From: an uncultured Methanoregulaceae archaeon
GTDB taxonomy: Archaea > Halobacteriota > Methanomicrobia > Methanomicrobiales > Methanospirillaceae
Direction of reading: 5' to 3'
Length of the DNA: 64,000 nt
NCBI GenBank assembly: GCA_963737635.1
Contig: CAVTTL010000001.1
Span: forward strand, 96,001 to 160,000
The notes under the pieces are model-generated. The model was not told where the DNA came from, did no database searches, and saw nothing but the letters and a program-made list of their open reading frames with translations. This document shows, in pieces, positions 21,650-33,842 of this stretch. The first letter of the stretch is position 1. Every line of letters starts with the position of its first letter. A program made the position numbers and the translations under genes.

Positions 21650-21830
21650 GGACTCACCTCCTCTCCTTCTCTCGGTATTTTCCCTATACACAGCATCATG
21701 GTATAAGGTTTGTGGTAAAAGGAGGCCAATTCAGGTCAAAATCGCCAAAAAAAAGGTAAATTTCATAGAGGAGCGGCGCGATTGTCTGACAATTGGATGA
21801 CACCCGTCACACCCGGCTGGGAGCGGGGAC

Positions 21831-23000
21831 CTACTTCGCGGCACTCACAATCTTGATGATGTCTCCATCCTTAAGGATATGATTCTCCTTGATCCGCATC
21901 TTGGTCCGGGCGTCAATAGCATACAAAAATCCCTTCCCGATATCGGTATGCACCTGGAACGCGAGATCGTGCGGCGTAGAGCCCTTTTTCATCAGGAATG
22001 CGTCCGGCAGCACGTCTCCTTGTTTATTGCAGAACTTGTGCTCATCTTCCACGGGGTAGACCACAATCCGGTCAAGCAGTTCAAAGACCGCCCGGTTGAT
22101 CGCTTCCTGGACGCCGGTCCCGTTGTTCTTCTTCATAACTTCGGCAATTTTTACCAGACCTGCTTTCTGCGGTGCTGATAGTGTGACGCCTTCGGCGATC
22201 TTGAACTCCTTGTCACCCGGGAGATATTTTACCACCTTTGCTGTGGCGGCATTCCGCAGGGCAAGTTCTGAGGCAGCGCTGACAAACGAGACCTTTTGTG
22301 CGGCAAGTTTTTCACTCAAAGAATCAGGAGTTTCATCGATCTTGTTCCCAATAACCAGCATCGGCTTCGAAGTCCGGACCATCTCGGCGCAAAACGGCAC
22401 AAGACTTTCCATCGGTGCATGGACAAGGTCGAGTTTCAGCAGGAGTTCGGCGTCATGGACGTCCTCAGGAGTAATCCCGAGGCCTGTGAAAACCTCAGCA
22501 ATACCCTCGTGAATGGAGAAGGTCTTGACCGAAGCCTGCCGGGAGAGCCGTGCCCAGTGCTTCTCAAGGATCCCGTATACCCACATTGTCATCTCGTATT
22601 CAAGGAACTTCACGTCTTCTGCCGGGTCGTGGTTTCCTGCACCTACCGGGTTTCCTTCGCTGTCTGTGCCGCCGCTTGCATCAATAATGTGGAGGATCGC
22701 ATCTGCCTGACGGAGATGATCGAGGAACTGATTCCCAAGACCCTTGCCTTTGTGTGCATCGGGCACAAGTCCTGCAACATCGATGAGATTGACGGCGACA
22801 AACCGGACGCCGTCCACGCAGTGGCCGCATGTCAGGTCAAGGCCGCGACAGGGACAGGTCGTACGTACATATGCGACGCCGAAGTTGGGGTTTATAGTCG
22901 TAAATGGGTAGTTGGCAATCTCTGCGTTGGCCATGGTTGCCGCCTTGAAAAAGGTGGATTTTCCGCAGTTTGGTTTACCTGCAAGCGCGAGGGTGATCAT
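21831..23000 (-). CDS. ychF: YchF/OBG-family ATPase/GTPase with TGS domain
   Basis: GKPNCGKST, NYPFTTINPN, DVAGLV, NKID, C-terminal TGS (VHTDIGKGF). Confidence 0.93.
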   Translation of the reverse strand: MITLALAGKPNCGKSTFFKAATMANAEIANYPFTTINPNFGVAYVRTTCPCRGLDLTCGHCVDGVRFVAVNLIDVAGLVPDAHKGKGLGNQFLDHLRQADAILHIIDASGGTDSEGNPVGAGNHDPAEDVKFLEYEMTMWVYGILEKHWARLSRQASVKTFSIHEGIAEVFTGLGITPEDVHDAELLLKLDLVHAPMESLVPFCAEMVRTSKPMLVIGNKIDETPDSLSEKLAAQKVSFVSAASELALRNAATAKVVKYLPGDKEFKIAEGVTLSAPQKAGLVKIAEVMKKNNGTGVQEAINRAVFELLDRIVVYPVEDEHKFCNKQGDVLPDAFLMKKGSTPHDLAFQVHTDIGKGFLYAIDARTKMRIKENHILKDGDIIKIVSAAK

Positions 23001-23122
23001 CGTATCTCCTAAAGGTCAGGATCTTTGTCACCCGCAGACAGCGGTGCCGGAGCTGCGGGAATAGAAATTTCTCTTTTTAGAATCTGACAAAGCTTTTCAT
23101 GGCTGCTTATTAAAAGGTACTT

Positions 23123-23713
23123 ATGTCGTTTACTGCAAAAACCTGCTATTATTTTGAGACGCCGGGCCCGGCAAACACTGGGGACGCGGCGCGCTTTGCC
23201 GTCGAACGGGCAAAAGAACTCGGTCTTCAAACCATCGTTGTCGCGAGCAGCTCCGGAAAGACCGCGCAGGTCTTCTTTGATACGATGAAAGGCACTAGTC
23301 TTTCCCTTGTGGTCGTGACCCACGTGATGGGCTTTGCACAACCCGGTGAATGGGAATTTTCTGAAACAATCGCACAGGAACTGCGCAACAAAGGAGTAAA
23401 AATCGTGACCGGGACCCATGTCCTCTCCGGCCTCGAACGTGCTCTTTCACGTTCACCCAAAGTTGGTGGTGCGTCCCGGACCGAGGCGATCGCTGAAGCA
23501 CTGCGCCGGATTGTCGCAGTCGGCCTCAAGGTTGCGGTAGAGTGCGTCCTGATTGCTGCCGACCAAGGAGCTATCGGCATCGACACCGAGCTCATAGCAG
23601 TCGGCGGTACAGCAAGTGGTGCAGATACAGTCTGCGTGATCCGACCGGCGTATACTGCAAGCTTCTTCGATCTCCAGGTAAGGGAAATCGTGGCCATGCC
23701 CCGGGTCCGGTGA
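23123..23713 (+). CDS. Pyruvate kinase alpha/beta-domain-like protein (COG1751 type)
   Basis: YFETPGPANT, VVASSSGKTA, VVVTHVMGF, GLKVAVECVLIAADQG, GADT. Confidence 0.85.
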   Translation: MSFTAKTCYYFETPGPANTGDAARFAVERAKELGLQTIVVASSSGKTAQVFFDTMKGTSLSLVVVTHVMGFAQPGEWEFSETIAQELRNKGVKIVTGTHVLSGLERALSRSPKVGGASRTEAIAEALRRIVAVGLKVAVECVLIAADQGAIGIDTELIAVGGTASGADTVCVIRPAYTASFFDLQVREIVAMPRVR

Positions 23714-23715
23714 TC

Positions 23716-24561
23716 ATGGTTCTCAAGGAGCTGCGTGAAGCGATCCGCACGATTGGCCATGTTCCGGTCCTGTGGATACCTGGCGTAGTCGCGGGACTGC
23801 TTGGCGCGGTGCTGTGGATCCTTCTTAATATCTCCGGAGTGTTCTTTGCCAGCAGGCTCGTTATCATCGCCGGTCTCGTGATGATCCTTTTTGTGGCCGG
23901 CACCTTTAGCATTATAAAGAAAAACGGGAACGGATCCGGTGCGATGGTACATGACGGGATCCAGTACTATTTCCGGGTACTGCTTCCTTGGCTCGTGATA
24001 TCCTTTGTGCTCATGCTCGTCTTTATCACAATAACTCTCGTGACTGCCCTTTCCACCGGGAGTTCCGCAGATTATGAGGTCATGGGCATGCTAGCATTTC
24101 TGGTTATGATTCCAACGCTATTTTTGACCTTCTTCTGTGATACAGCTGCCGTTTTTGAAGATCTCCGGGTCTTTGATTCCCTCCGCCGCAGCATAGGAGT
24201 GGTTGCCAGCCACGCGGGCGAGGTGCTGAGCTTTTATATTATCTGCTGCGTGATCTCGTTTGTTGACTTTTTGGTGTTCGCTATTATCTGGGAGGGTATG
24301 CTCTTTGATAAACTCGAACCGATCTCGCAATATAACGAGACCCAGTTTGCTACCATTACGCCGCAGCAGCTGATCACCCTGATCGGTCCCGAGGGGATGT
24401 GGGTTACTGCTGCAGTCATATTTGTCGCGGTCCTCTTCCTTGTGCCTCTTCTCCTGGCGTACAAAGCGTGCTTCTACCGGGCCATAATCGGGAGTCCGTC
24501 GACAAACGTCCAGCAGATAACCGGCGAGTTTGACAGTAAAGGCCGCTGGTACAAGTACTAA
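23716..24561 (+). CDS. Multi-pass membrane protein
   Basis: About 6 TM helices; C-terminal GEFDSKGRWYKY. Confidence 0.75.
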   Translation: MVLKELREAIRTIGHVPVLWIPGVVAGLLGAVLWILLNISGVFFASRLVIIAGLVMILFVAGTFSIIKKNGNGSGAMVHDGIQYYFRVLLPWLVISFVLMLVFITITLVTALSTGSSADYEVMGMLAFLVMIPTLFLTFFCDTAAVFEDLRVFDSLRRSIGVVASHAGEVLSFYIICCVISFVDFLVFAIIWEGMLFDKLEPISQYNETQFATITPQQLITLIGPEGMWVTAAVIFVAVLFLVPLLLAYKACFYRAIIGSPSTNVQQITGEFDSKGRWYKY

Positions 24562-24720
24562 CATCACCTTGGTGTGAATAATCCTCTTTTTTTCCAGATA
24601 CGTAGCGAGTCAAATCTGCTGTTCGCCTCTAGGCAATTACCCAGCGGACACGAATACTCGCCGGAATAAAACATAATAGTTCAATTAAAAATAGGAAATA
24701 CCAACTGTTTCCCTTAGCAG

Positions 24721-25194
24721 TTAAACAAGGCTTAGTGCACGCTTATAGATATCAAGCATTTTTATCAGGTACTTCCGGTGCTCATCCAGTGCCTGTTCAT
24801 CATCAGGGGAAGCGATTACCGCTACCGCATAAAGCAGGAGCAGGGCGTTGTCGAGATCAAGTGTGAGCGGGTCTTCATTGAGCTCGGGAGCGAGGTTCAC
24901 GGAAAGATATGCATGATCGGCATCGGCAAACGCGGGTGCTGTTTCAGGCCTGACCTGAGCATTTGCATATGCACTTGCATATGCCTTGACGATCAAGAGA
25001 GCCGTTTTCAACGCAGCGCTGCCATCACCATTCTGTAACTGGGAAATGGCAGTTGTACATTCCCGGAGAGTTTTTGGGTACAGTTCGAACTTGAACGAGA
25101 AAAATGCGGATGCAATGATATGGCCGGTTTCTTCTGGTAGTCGGCCAAAGACCGGACGCATCCGATCAATGTAATCTTTGAGGAATTTTTCCAT
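24721..25194 (-). CDS. Hypothetical helical protein
   Basis: 157-aa ORF with GGAGA RBS. Confidence 0.65.
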   Translation of the reverse strand: MEKFLKDYIDRMRPVFGRLPEETGHIIASAFFSFKFELYPKTLRECTTAISQLQNGDGSAALKTALLIVKAYASAYANAQVRPETAPAFADADHAYLSVNLAPELNEDPLTLDLDNALLLLYAVAVIASPDDEQALDEHRKYLIKMLDIYKRALSLV

Positions 25195-25373
25195 GGGTAT
25201 CTCCTTGTGTCTGGTATGCGCGGGAAGTGCGCACCGGTTACCTTAAGAGCTAATGAATAATACATGGGTGGAAATCGGACATGAACATATCTTTCGTGGT
25301 TTTTACCATTGATTGAACCTGAGGTATCACGGGTTTATAAGAGAATAAACATCCAATATCGATCCACTGATCT

Positions 25374-26136
25374 ATGGGCACGGTTGTCTTTTCCGATGTA
25401 CATGCCGATGCAGACGCCCTCGGCCTTGTTGCAGCGTATATCCGTGACTCGTCATTTTCAGAGCGTTTTGGCCCGGTAGATACTCTGGTCAATCTCGGAG
25501 ATCTCCTCCACAGGGGCAACTGCCCACAGGCCACACTTGAACTTATTCATGATCTTTCCCAAGCGTACCATCTGGTTTCCGTTATCGGTAATCATGACCA
25601 CGCCTTTCTCAACGGCGTGCCAGTCTCGGGAAGCGACGAACTAAGCACCATCCGGCACGAACAGACTGCGTGGCTCACCGCTTCTCGACATTTTTTCCTC
25701 CATGCCCATGGAATGGGTAAATTACAGAATGCTTTTTGTCCACGGGGGACCGCTCGAGCTTGGGACCCAGACGCTCCGGCTCAAGTGCTGGCAGCGTCTC
25801 TCACATACGGCAGGCGATTCCTTCACCGGCTACCACTACACAGCTCCGATGGCATTTGACGCGCTCGAACAGCGCGGCCTTTCGTTCCTGGTCTGCGGGC
25901 ACCAGCATACCCATGTCTGCTGCCGCAAAACCATGGACGGGATCAAGGAGCATGTGATCCGGTATACGCACGAGAAGAATACTGGAGTCTCTGGCTGTCA
26001 CGGAGAAGTGGCACACGTACTTCTCGACGTGCCTGCACTCTTCAGGATTGGGGGATGTCATGGGGACAGGCCGGAATTTGCCTATATTGACGATACGGCC
26101 TTTTCTTATATCCGCCTTAGCCGATCGATCCTGTAA
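25374..26136 (+). CDS. Calcineurin-like metallophosphoesterase (apparent frameshift ~25665)
   Basis: SDVHAD, GDLLHRG, GNHD, FVHGG and CGHQH motifs across two frames. Confidence 0.85.
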
Positions 26137-26265
26137 GGTGCCTCACCTAAGCTTCACGGGAATCATCTTGGTCGTGTGCAACGCAGTGCCAACTGTTCTA
26201 TTTATTGAGATTTTCGAGCATGCTTAAAAATCTAGCGAGGATTTCTAGAATAGATTTATATATAG

Positions 26266-26282
26266 TTACCACAGAGTGGTAA
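26266..26282. promoter_or_regulatory. Palindromic operator TTACCAC-aga-GTGGTAA between TATA box and start codon
   Basis: Perfect 7-bp inverted repeat just after TTTATATA (26255-26262) and 2 nt before ATG 26285. Confidence 0.6.
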
Positions 26283-26284
26283 TC

Positions 26285-26482
26285 ATGCCTCGTGCAGGCG
26301 AGGGACGATCGATCCGGATTGATCCCGAGGTGTATGAGGCTTTGCTGGCGCTTAAGCGTGGCAATATGACCTTCAGCGATGTAATTGCACAGATGCTCCA
26401 TGAATGCTATGGCCGGGCGGATGCCTTCCCGCCTAACCAGAGCGAGCTGGGGGATTTTGCCGGAACGGAGACACTGAAATGA
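26285..26482 (+). CDS. VapB-like (DUF217-type) antitoxin / RHH DNA-binding protein
   Basis: RSIRIDPEVYEALLALKRGNMTFSDVIAQML matches the archaeal TIxIxxEVYxxLxxxKxxxxSFSDVI pattern. Confidence 0.75.
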   Translation: MPRAGEGRSIRIDPEVYEALLALKRGNMTFSDVIAQMLHECYGRADAFPPNQSELGDFAGTETLK

Positions 26483-26670
26483 GGGAGACTATCAGGATTT
26501 CCCCAGACGAACAGTTATCGCCGTTCCGGCGTCCTCCGTGTGGCAGGCTCGGCTGACGCATCAGCAACGACATTACCCGGGACAGGCTTGATTCAATTAT
26601 CGAGAATACAGAAGACCCGTTCACATAAAAAAGGAAAAATTTCACCATCAAAAAGAATCGCGCCGGTGCA

Positions 26671-27960
26671 TTACCCTCTCACCGGTTCGTCAGACTGAAG
26701 TTGCACCGTCTCCCCACTCATCACTCCCAATTTTTTTGTAAGTTCCTCCCGGAGGAGCGGAATGGCATCCTCGAGTTCTTTTCTTGCCTTAAGCAGGTCA
26801 CGGTGCTCCTGTTCTTCGTGGGCCTGCATACTTTCCAGCTGCTCTTTCTCGCGTTCAAGGGACCGCAGCCGCACCGGGACCGGGTGGGAATGGAGTGTTT
26901 CCTCTTCCGTGCGGCAGCGCTCCCCGATCTCCCGGTACTTCGTACACAACCCGCTTACTTCCCCGGAGAACTGAACCGTATCAGAAAAGATCACACGCTC
27001 TTCCCTGTTTTTCAGGATAATATCGTTTTCTTCGATCATCTGCTGCACAATCGGGCATGCAGCATCCAAGGCCCGGCTAACCGTATCCGCAGTGGTAACC
27101 TCATGGTGGGAGAGGATCTCCATGGCATCCTTAAGGATGTGAACCTCTTTTGAAAGATGCTTGCGAATGGCGATCTTTTCGGCTTTCCTGAAGACATGTG
27201 ACGCCGTCATGGTTAGTGAGGCATAGTGCCGGAAGAGATCATCGCGTTCATTAGCGAGCTCAGCGCACCGCGTCCGCCCTGTATCGAGCGCTAGGAACGA
27301 TTCATCGGCGGCGAGTCGTGCAGTCTCGGCTTCGATGGCATTACGACGCGCCGTATTCTCAGCAACGCGCTCCCGGATCCTTTCCTCCCGTGCAAACGAG
27401 CGTTCCCGGTCTTTCCCTGCATCACTTAAAGCGGCGTAGGCACCGCGCGCTGCTGTAATCCGGGAGAACTCTTCCTTGAACCGGCCGATGGCTCGGGTCA
27501 TCACATTGATTTCCCGGCCAATCGCGTCGATCCCCGCCTTGATGTCTTTCATTTCGTCCGGGAAGGCAACCATTAAGTACCGGCCCTGACCGCGGACTGC
27601 ATTCAGGCAGCCTTTCACGCTTTCGACAGCCTCCCCGTAGAATCCCTCAGGGTCCTCCGGCAGCTCTTTTGCGAGTGAGGTGTTCATTGCCCGGAGAAAA
27701 AGAGGCAGGGAGTTTTTTGCGATACTCCTGATCTTCGGATGCGTCTCGGGGCTCTGGTCGGCGCTTTTGAGGTTATTGACCGTTAGCTGGAGATGTGCCT
27801 GGGCATTCCGGATTGTGCGGATAGGCTCCTCCACTTCCGCTTGGAGTGTTGTTCGCGCGGTCTTTTCCTGTTCAGCGAGCCACGGAAGAACTTCGCTTTC
27901 AGAGAGCGTGACCTGGTTGTCAACCGAAGAGCCAAGAAGCGATTTCAAAAATTTCAGCAT
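26671..27960 (-). CDS. Long coiled-coil hypothetical protein
   Basis: 429 aa, Glu/Arg/Ala-rich heptads, no catalytic motif seen. Confidence 0.75.
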   Translation of the reverse strand: MLKFLKSLLGSSVDNQVTLSESEVLPWLAEQEKTARTTLQAEVEEPIRTIRNAQAHLQLTVNNLKSADQSPETHPKIRSIAKNSLPLFLRAMNTSLAKELPEDPEGFYGEAVESVKGCLNAVRGQGRYLMVAFPDEMKDIKAGIDAIGREINVMTRAIGRFKEEFSRITAARGAYAALSDAGKDRERSFAREERIRERVAENTARRNAIEAETARLAADESFLALDTGRTRCAELANERDDLFRHYASLTMTASHVFRKAEKIAIRKHLSKEVHILKDAMEILSHHEVTTADTVSRALDAACPIVQQMIEENDIILKNREERVIFSDTVQFSGEVSGLCTKYREIGERCRTEEETLHSHPVPVRLRSLEREKEQLESMQAHEEQEHRDLLKARKELEDAIPLLREELTKKLGVMSGETVQLQSDEPVRG

Positions 27961-28034
27961 AGGTTACTCCGGGATATTCCCGTTATGGACACTTTGTTGG
28001 TACTATGAGCGCGCACCAGAGAAATGGTTCGTGG

Positions 28035-29317
<1,283 letters not shown>

Positions 29318-29367
29318 AATGGGATAATACAGATATGGGGAGGCGTATTATAAGTTAGTTCACTGTC

Positions 29368-29691
29368 ATGTCGTACCTGCTCTATATCGCATATTTCGGG
29401 ACTGCTGCAGTGATCTTTCTTTGGCTGCGCGACGCGCGGATCTTTTTTTTGACCGGCCTTCCCGGCTATAGAAAAGCGGCTTATTACGGTGTCCTGTATG
29501 GTGCTCTTGGTACCTTTGGCCTGCTCTGCGCAATCGCCGGGGACACCTTCGAGCTGTTGGGATTGGGCATCATCCTTGCCGCTCTGTATCTCCAGGAGCG
29601 GATCGTGCGCGAAAAGATCTTTACCGGGACTGAGAGCATCCTTGAGCGGGCGCTGGGGAGTGTCGGGCGTCGCATCGCGGCCAAAAAATAA
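29368..29691 (+). CDS. Small membrane protein
   Basis: 3 hydrophobic segments; WLRDARIF..TGLPGYRKAAY. Confidence 0.7.
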   Translation: MSYLLYIAYFGTAAVIFLWLRDARIFFLTGLPGYRKAAYYGVLYGALGTFGLLCAIAGDTFELLGLGIILAALYLQERIVREKIFTGTESILERALGSVGRRIAAKK

Positions 29692-29732
29692 TGGTGCGGC
29701 CACAATATACAAGATAAGGGATTTTACCAGGC

Positions 29733-30965
29733 ATGATCCAGAAACCACGAGGCACACGGGATTTCCTTCCCGATGAGATGGAAGCGCGGCGCAGCATCGA
29801 GGCAACGATGCGTGAGGCAGCACGCCGCTTCGGGTACCGGGAAGTCTGCACCCCCGAATTTGAAGATCTCGAACTCTTCACGATCCGGTCTGGTGAAGGG
29901 ATTATGCAGGAGATGTACGTCTTTGAGGATAAAGGAGGACGAAGTCTTGCCCTGCGCCCGGAGATTACGGCAGCCGTGATCCGGATGTACGTAAACGAGG
30001 CGAAGGTCGCGCCAAAACCCCTGCGCTGGTGTTATTTTGCCGATTGCTTCCGGTACGAGCGGCCCCAGAAAGGACGGTACCGCCAGTTCTGGCAGTTCGG
30101 CGCTGAACTCATCGGAGCCGATACTGCACTCGCCGATGCGGAAGTAATTATGCTTGCCGCAGAAGCGCTTAACGCAACCGGTGTGACATGGGATCTCAAG
30201 GTAGGCCACCTCGCGTTTATGAAGAACCTCTTAAAGGACCTTGAACCTACGGCGCAACGCCGGGTGATGGGGCATCTCGACAAGAAAGATTTCGAGGGTC
30301 TTGCTGTCACTCTTGCCGAGTTGGGAAAGGCGGATCTTGGCGGGTCGCTTTCCGCGCTCATCGAGTGTCGCACGCTTCCCGAAGCCTTTGAGATCGCCGG
30401 AGCGATCCCGGAGAAAGAGCGTGTAGAAAAGATGAAGGACATCCTTGATGAATCCGGGATCGCGTATGCGCTCAACTTCGGGATCGCCCGGGGTCTTGAC
30501 TATTATACCGGTATGGTTTTCGAAGGATTCGCCCAGAATCTCGGAGCTGAAAATCAAATCCTAGGTGGCGGAGCGTACCGGCTCGCGCACTTGTTCGGCG
30601 GCGATGATGTCGCGTCAGCGGGTTTTGCAATCGGCTTTGACCGTGTGATGGTCTCGCTTGGCGAGGTTGTGCCGGCAAAAGAGACAGTGGTCAGCATTGT
30701 CTGCACTGATGAGGGCCGCAGCTTTGCTCTCTCGGTAGCCCGGGCATTCCGGGCTGACGGGATACGCACAGAGATGGATCTCATGGGCCGAGGCCTCGGC
30801 GCACAACTCGCACATGCCTCAAAGTCCGCGGACTTTGCAGTTGTGATTGGGAAGAGAGAGGCCGAGGCCGGCCAGGTGACCCTCAAAAACCTCCACTCGG
30901 GGGAGCAGAAGACACTTGACCCGGCCGTTGCGATAGCCGAGGTGAAGGCGCATGGTGCTCGCTGA
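29733..30965 (+). CDS. hisS: Histidyl-tRNA synthetase
   Basis: PRGTRDF, LRPEIT, FRYERPQKGRYRQFWQ, RGLDYYTG, GGGAY, GFAIGFDR. Confidence 0.97.
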   Translation: MIQKPRGTRDFLPDEMEARRSIEATMREAARRFGYREVCTPEFEDLELFTIRSGEGIMQEMYVFEDKGGRSLALRPEITAAVIRMYVNEAKVAPKPLRWCYFADCFRYERPQKGRYRQFWQFGAELIGADTALADAEVIMLAAEALNATGVTWDLKVGHLAFMKNLLKDLEPTAQRRVMGHLDKKDFEGLAVTLAELGKADLGGSLSALIECRTLPEAFEIAGAIPEKERVEKMKDILDESGIAYALNFGIARGLDYYTGMVFEGFAQNLGAENQILGGGAYRLAHLFGGDDVASAGFAIGFDRVMVSLGEVVPAKETVVSIVCTDEGRSFALSVARAFRADGIRTEMDLMGRGLGAQLAHASKSADFAVVIGKREAEAGQVTLKNLHSGEQKTLDPAVAIAEVKAHGAR

Positions 30966-32754
30966 GGAACTTGCAAAGCAGCAGCGCAGCATCAGTGTCG
31001 CAGAATTTTTCGAGAAGAACAAACACCTGCTGGGTTTCGACTCCCCAACCCGGGGCGTCATTACCACGATCAAGGAGGCAGTCGACAACGCGCTCGATGC
31101 CTGCGAAGAGGCACAGGTGCTTCCTGATATCTATATCAGCATCAAAAAGACCGGGCCCGAGATCTTCCGGATCATTGTCGAGGACAATGGCCCCGGTATT
31201 GTCCCCGGGCAGGTTCCTTTTGTTTTTGGGAAACTCCTGTACGGTTCACGGTTCCACCAAATCCGGCAGACCCGGGGCCAGCAGGGCATCGGGATTTCAG
31301 CGGCCGTGCTGTATGCGCAGCTGACCAGCGGCCTTCCCACAGTCGTCATCTCGCGAACCGGGCCAAAAGAGCCAGCGCACCGGTTCGAAATCCAAATAAA
31401 GATTGAAACCAACGAGCCGGACGTCATAGCAGAGCAACCATTCGAATGGGACCGGATCCACGGGACCCGGGTCCAGATCGAGTTCAAAAGTACAATGTCG
31501 GCAAAAAAGAAGCTGCTCGAATACCTTAAGTACACATCGGTGGTCAATCCCCATGCCCGGTTCCGGGTGGAGCTGGACGACGAATCGTTCACATTCGAGC
31601 GCGTGAGCCAGGAAGTGATTGCCTGCCCGGTCGCGATCCAGCCTCACCCACACGGGATTGAATTTGGCCAGCTCAAAAGGCTGGCTTCTGCCAGCGATGA
31701 AAAACTCATCGATTTTCTCGTGAACGGCTTCTCACGGGTAGGAAAGAAGACTGCACAGGAGATGTGCGACCGGGCCGGCCTCAAAGCAACCGTAAAAGTC
31801 AACGGGTTCTCCGCTGATGAACTTAAAAACCTGCTCGCCGCGATGCAGGCAGTTGCCGTGCCTGCCCCCCCCACAACCCAGTGCCTCTCGCCGATCGGTG
31901 AAGAGCTGATCCGGCGCGGGCTCGACAAAGAGTTCCAGATGGACTTTGTTACTGCCCGCACCCGGCCCAGTTCAGTCTACTCCGGCCACCCATTCGTAGT
32001 CGAGGCGGCGATCGGGTACGGCGGCAGGCTCCCGACCGATGGAAACGCGATGATTCTCAGGTTTGCAAACCGGGTACCCCTTATGTACCAGCAGGGCGCC
32101 TGCGCGATCACGGAATGCGTCTCTAATGTCAACTGGAAATCCTACAACATCTCCCAGCAGGGTCTTCCTGGGGGCCCGGTCATGATCCTTGTCCACGTTG
32201 CCTCGACTAACGTGCCCTTCACGAGCGAAAGCAAGGATGCTATAGCAGGCATCCCGGAGATTGAAAAGGAGATTGTGCTCGCGCTCCAGGACCTGGGCCG
32301 GGAGCTCAAAACGTTCCTCTCACGAAGAGACAAGAACAGGCTTGCCGAGGACCGGGCCCGGGCAGTCTGCGCGGTCATCCCCGAGATCGCGGCAAAAGTC
32401 AGCGAGATCGTAGAAAAACCCTTGGTGGATACCTCCCCCATTGAAGGCAGGCTGATGCGCAAACTGATCGCAAAGAAATGGACGAAGGGGGGCAGGGTAA
32501 CGATCGAGGTGAACAACTACACCGGGTCCGATGCCGAGCTCTCAGTCTACGATATCTCTGCAGATAGTGCAGCGGACGCGGACATGCCACCCGCTTTTTC
32601 GACAAATATGGACGGGCAGTTCACCAAAGTCTGGAAGGTGGCGGTCCCGAAACAAACGGTCTGGCGCGTCACGTATACCGGCAAAGGGGGCGGCATGCTC
32701 GACATCCGGGGTATAGAAGACAACAAGAAGATGGTGGTGGATCTCGATGTCTAA
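30952..32754 (+). CDS. top6B: DNA topoisomerase VI subunit B
   Basis: SVAEFFEKN, EAVDNALDA, EDNGPG, RGQQGIGIS GHKL motifs, RFANRVPL, VPFTSESK. Confidence 0.97.
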   Translation: MVLAEELAKQQRSISVAEFFEKNKHLLGFDSPTRGVITTIKEAVDNALDACEEAQVLPDIYISIKKTGPEIFRIIVEDNGPGIVPGQVPFVFGKLLYGSRFHQIRQTRGQQGIGISAAVLYAQLTSGLPTVVISRTGPKEPAHRFEIQIKIETNEPDVIAEQPFEWDRIHGTRVQIEFKSTMSAKKKLLEYLKYTSVVNPHARFRVELDDESFTFERVSQEVIACPVAIQPHPHGIEFGQLKRLASASDEKLIDFLVNGFSRVGKKTAQEMCDRAGLKATVKVNGFSADELKNLLAAMQAVAVPAPPTTQCLSPIGEELIRRGLDKEFQMDFVTARTRPSSVYSGHPFVVEAAIGYGGRLPTDGNAMILRFANRVPLMYQQGACAITECVSNVNWKSYNISQQGLPGGPVMILVHVASTNVPFTSESKDAIAGIPEIEKEIVLALQDLGRELKTFLSRRDKNRLAEDRARAVCAVIPEIAAKVSEIVEKPLVDTSPIEGRLMRKLIAKKWTKGGRVTIEVNNYTGSDAELSVYDISADSAADADMPPAFSTNMDGQFTKVWKVAVPKQTVWRVTYTGKGGGMLDIRGIEDNKKMVVDLDV

Positions 32755-33835
32755 AGAAGAACTCGATGCACGGTCGAAGAAAGCGCTTCTGGCGATTGCT
32801 TCCGCATGGTACGACCAGATGATGGCCGGGGAGATCCCGTCGATTTCGCTTCCCACCCGTACCAAGTACAACATCGAGTACGACGATGTAAGCGAGGTCT
32901 GGAAGTACGGTGACAAGGAGAGCCTGAGGACGGCGGCAACCGCAAAGAGCGCGACGCATCTCCTGAAAATGGCCTATGTGATCGGTTTTGTCAAACAGCA
33001 GCTCATCGAGAACCGGTCTTCGACACTCAGGGAAATGTATTACATCTCGGAGGGTTGGAAACGGGCGAAGTTTGCCGCGCAGGACGAGAGCAACTTTCTT
33101 GTTGAGGATCTTGAGATCATTTCCGATGTGCCCCGCGAGGGTTTCCATCTCCGGCCTGAGGAGGATGGAGCAAGCATCTACGGCCCGATGCGGATCCGGG
33201 AGCAGACCCGAAGGGGCTTGAAAACCATCCACTGCCAGGACGACGTAGGGGCTGCCGGATATTCAATCCCGAACAACGTAGAGAGTATCGAATTCGTCGA
33301 CCACGACGCGAAGTTTGTCATCGCGATGGAGACGGGAGGTATGTACGACCGGCTCATCGAAAACGGTTTTGACGAGGAGTACAACGCGATCCTCCTCCAT
33401 CTCAAAGGGCAGCCGGCCCGATCCACGCGCCGGATGCTCAACCGGATCAGTCAGACCTGGAACCTCCCTATCTGTGTCTTTACCGATGGCGATCCATGGT
33501 CCTACCGGATCTACGCATCGGTCGCCTACGGGGCCATCAAGAGCGCACATCTGTCTGAGCTCCTGGCATCTCCAAAGGCACAGTTTTTGGGCCTCCAACC
33601 AAGCGACATCCGGGACTATAACCTGCCCTCTGACAAATTGTCAGAGAAGGATGTCGAGGCCTTAAATGCTGAGCTGACCGATCCCCGGTTCGCAACCGAG
33701 TACTGGAAAAAGCAGATCAATTTGCAACTTGAACTGGGTCTCAAATCGGAACAGCAGGCATTTGCAGCCCGGGGGCTGGATTTTGTCACAAAGACATACC
33801 TGCCCTCGCGGCTCACCGAAATGGGCGTGATCTAG
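32747..33835 (+). CDS. top6A: DNA topoisomerase VI subunit A
   Basis: STLREMYY catalytic Tyr, KGQP, FTDGDPWS TOPRIM, K.EQQA. Confidence 0.97.
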   Translation: MSKEELDARSKKALLAIASAWYDQMMAGEIPSISLPTRTKYNIEYDDVSEVWKYGDKESLRTAATAKSATHLLKMAYVIGFVKQQLIENRSSTLREMYYISEGWKRAKFAAQDESNFLVEDLEIISDVPREGFHLRPEEDGASIYGPMRIREQTRRGLKTIHCQDDVGAAGYSIPNNVESIEFVDHDAKFVIAMETGGMYDRLIENGFDEEYNAILLHLKGQPARSTRRMLNRISQTWNLPICVFTDGDPWSYRIYASVAYGAIKSAHLSELLASPKAQFLGLQPSDIRDYNLPSDKLSEKDVEALNAELTDPRFATEYWKKQINLQLELGLKSEQQAFAARGLDFVTKTYLPSRLTEMGVI

Positions 33836-33842
33836 GAAAAGC

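Noticed and set aside
26671-27960. SMC/Rad50-like defence protein
   Set aside because: Coiled coil only; no Walker motifs, hinge or zinc hook
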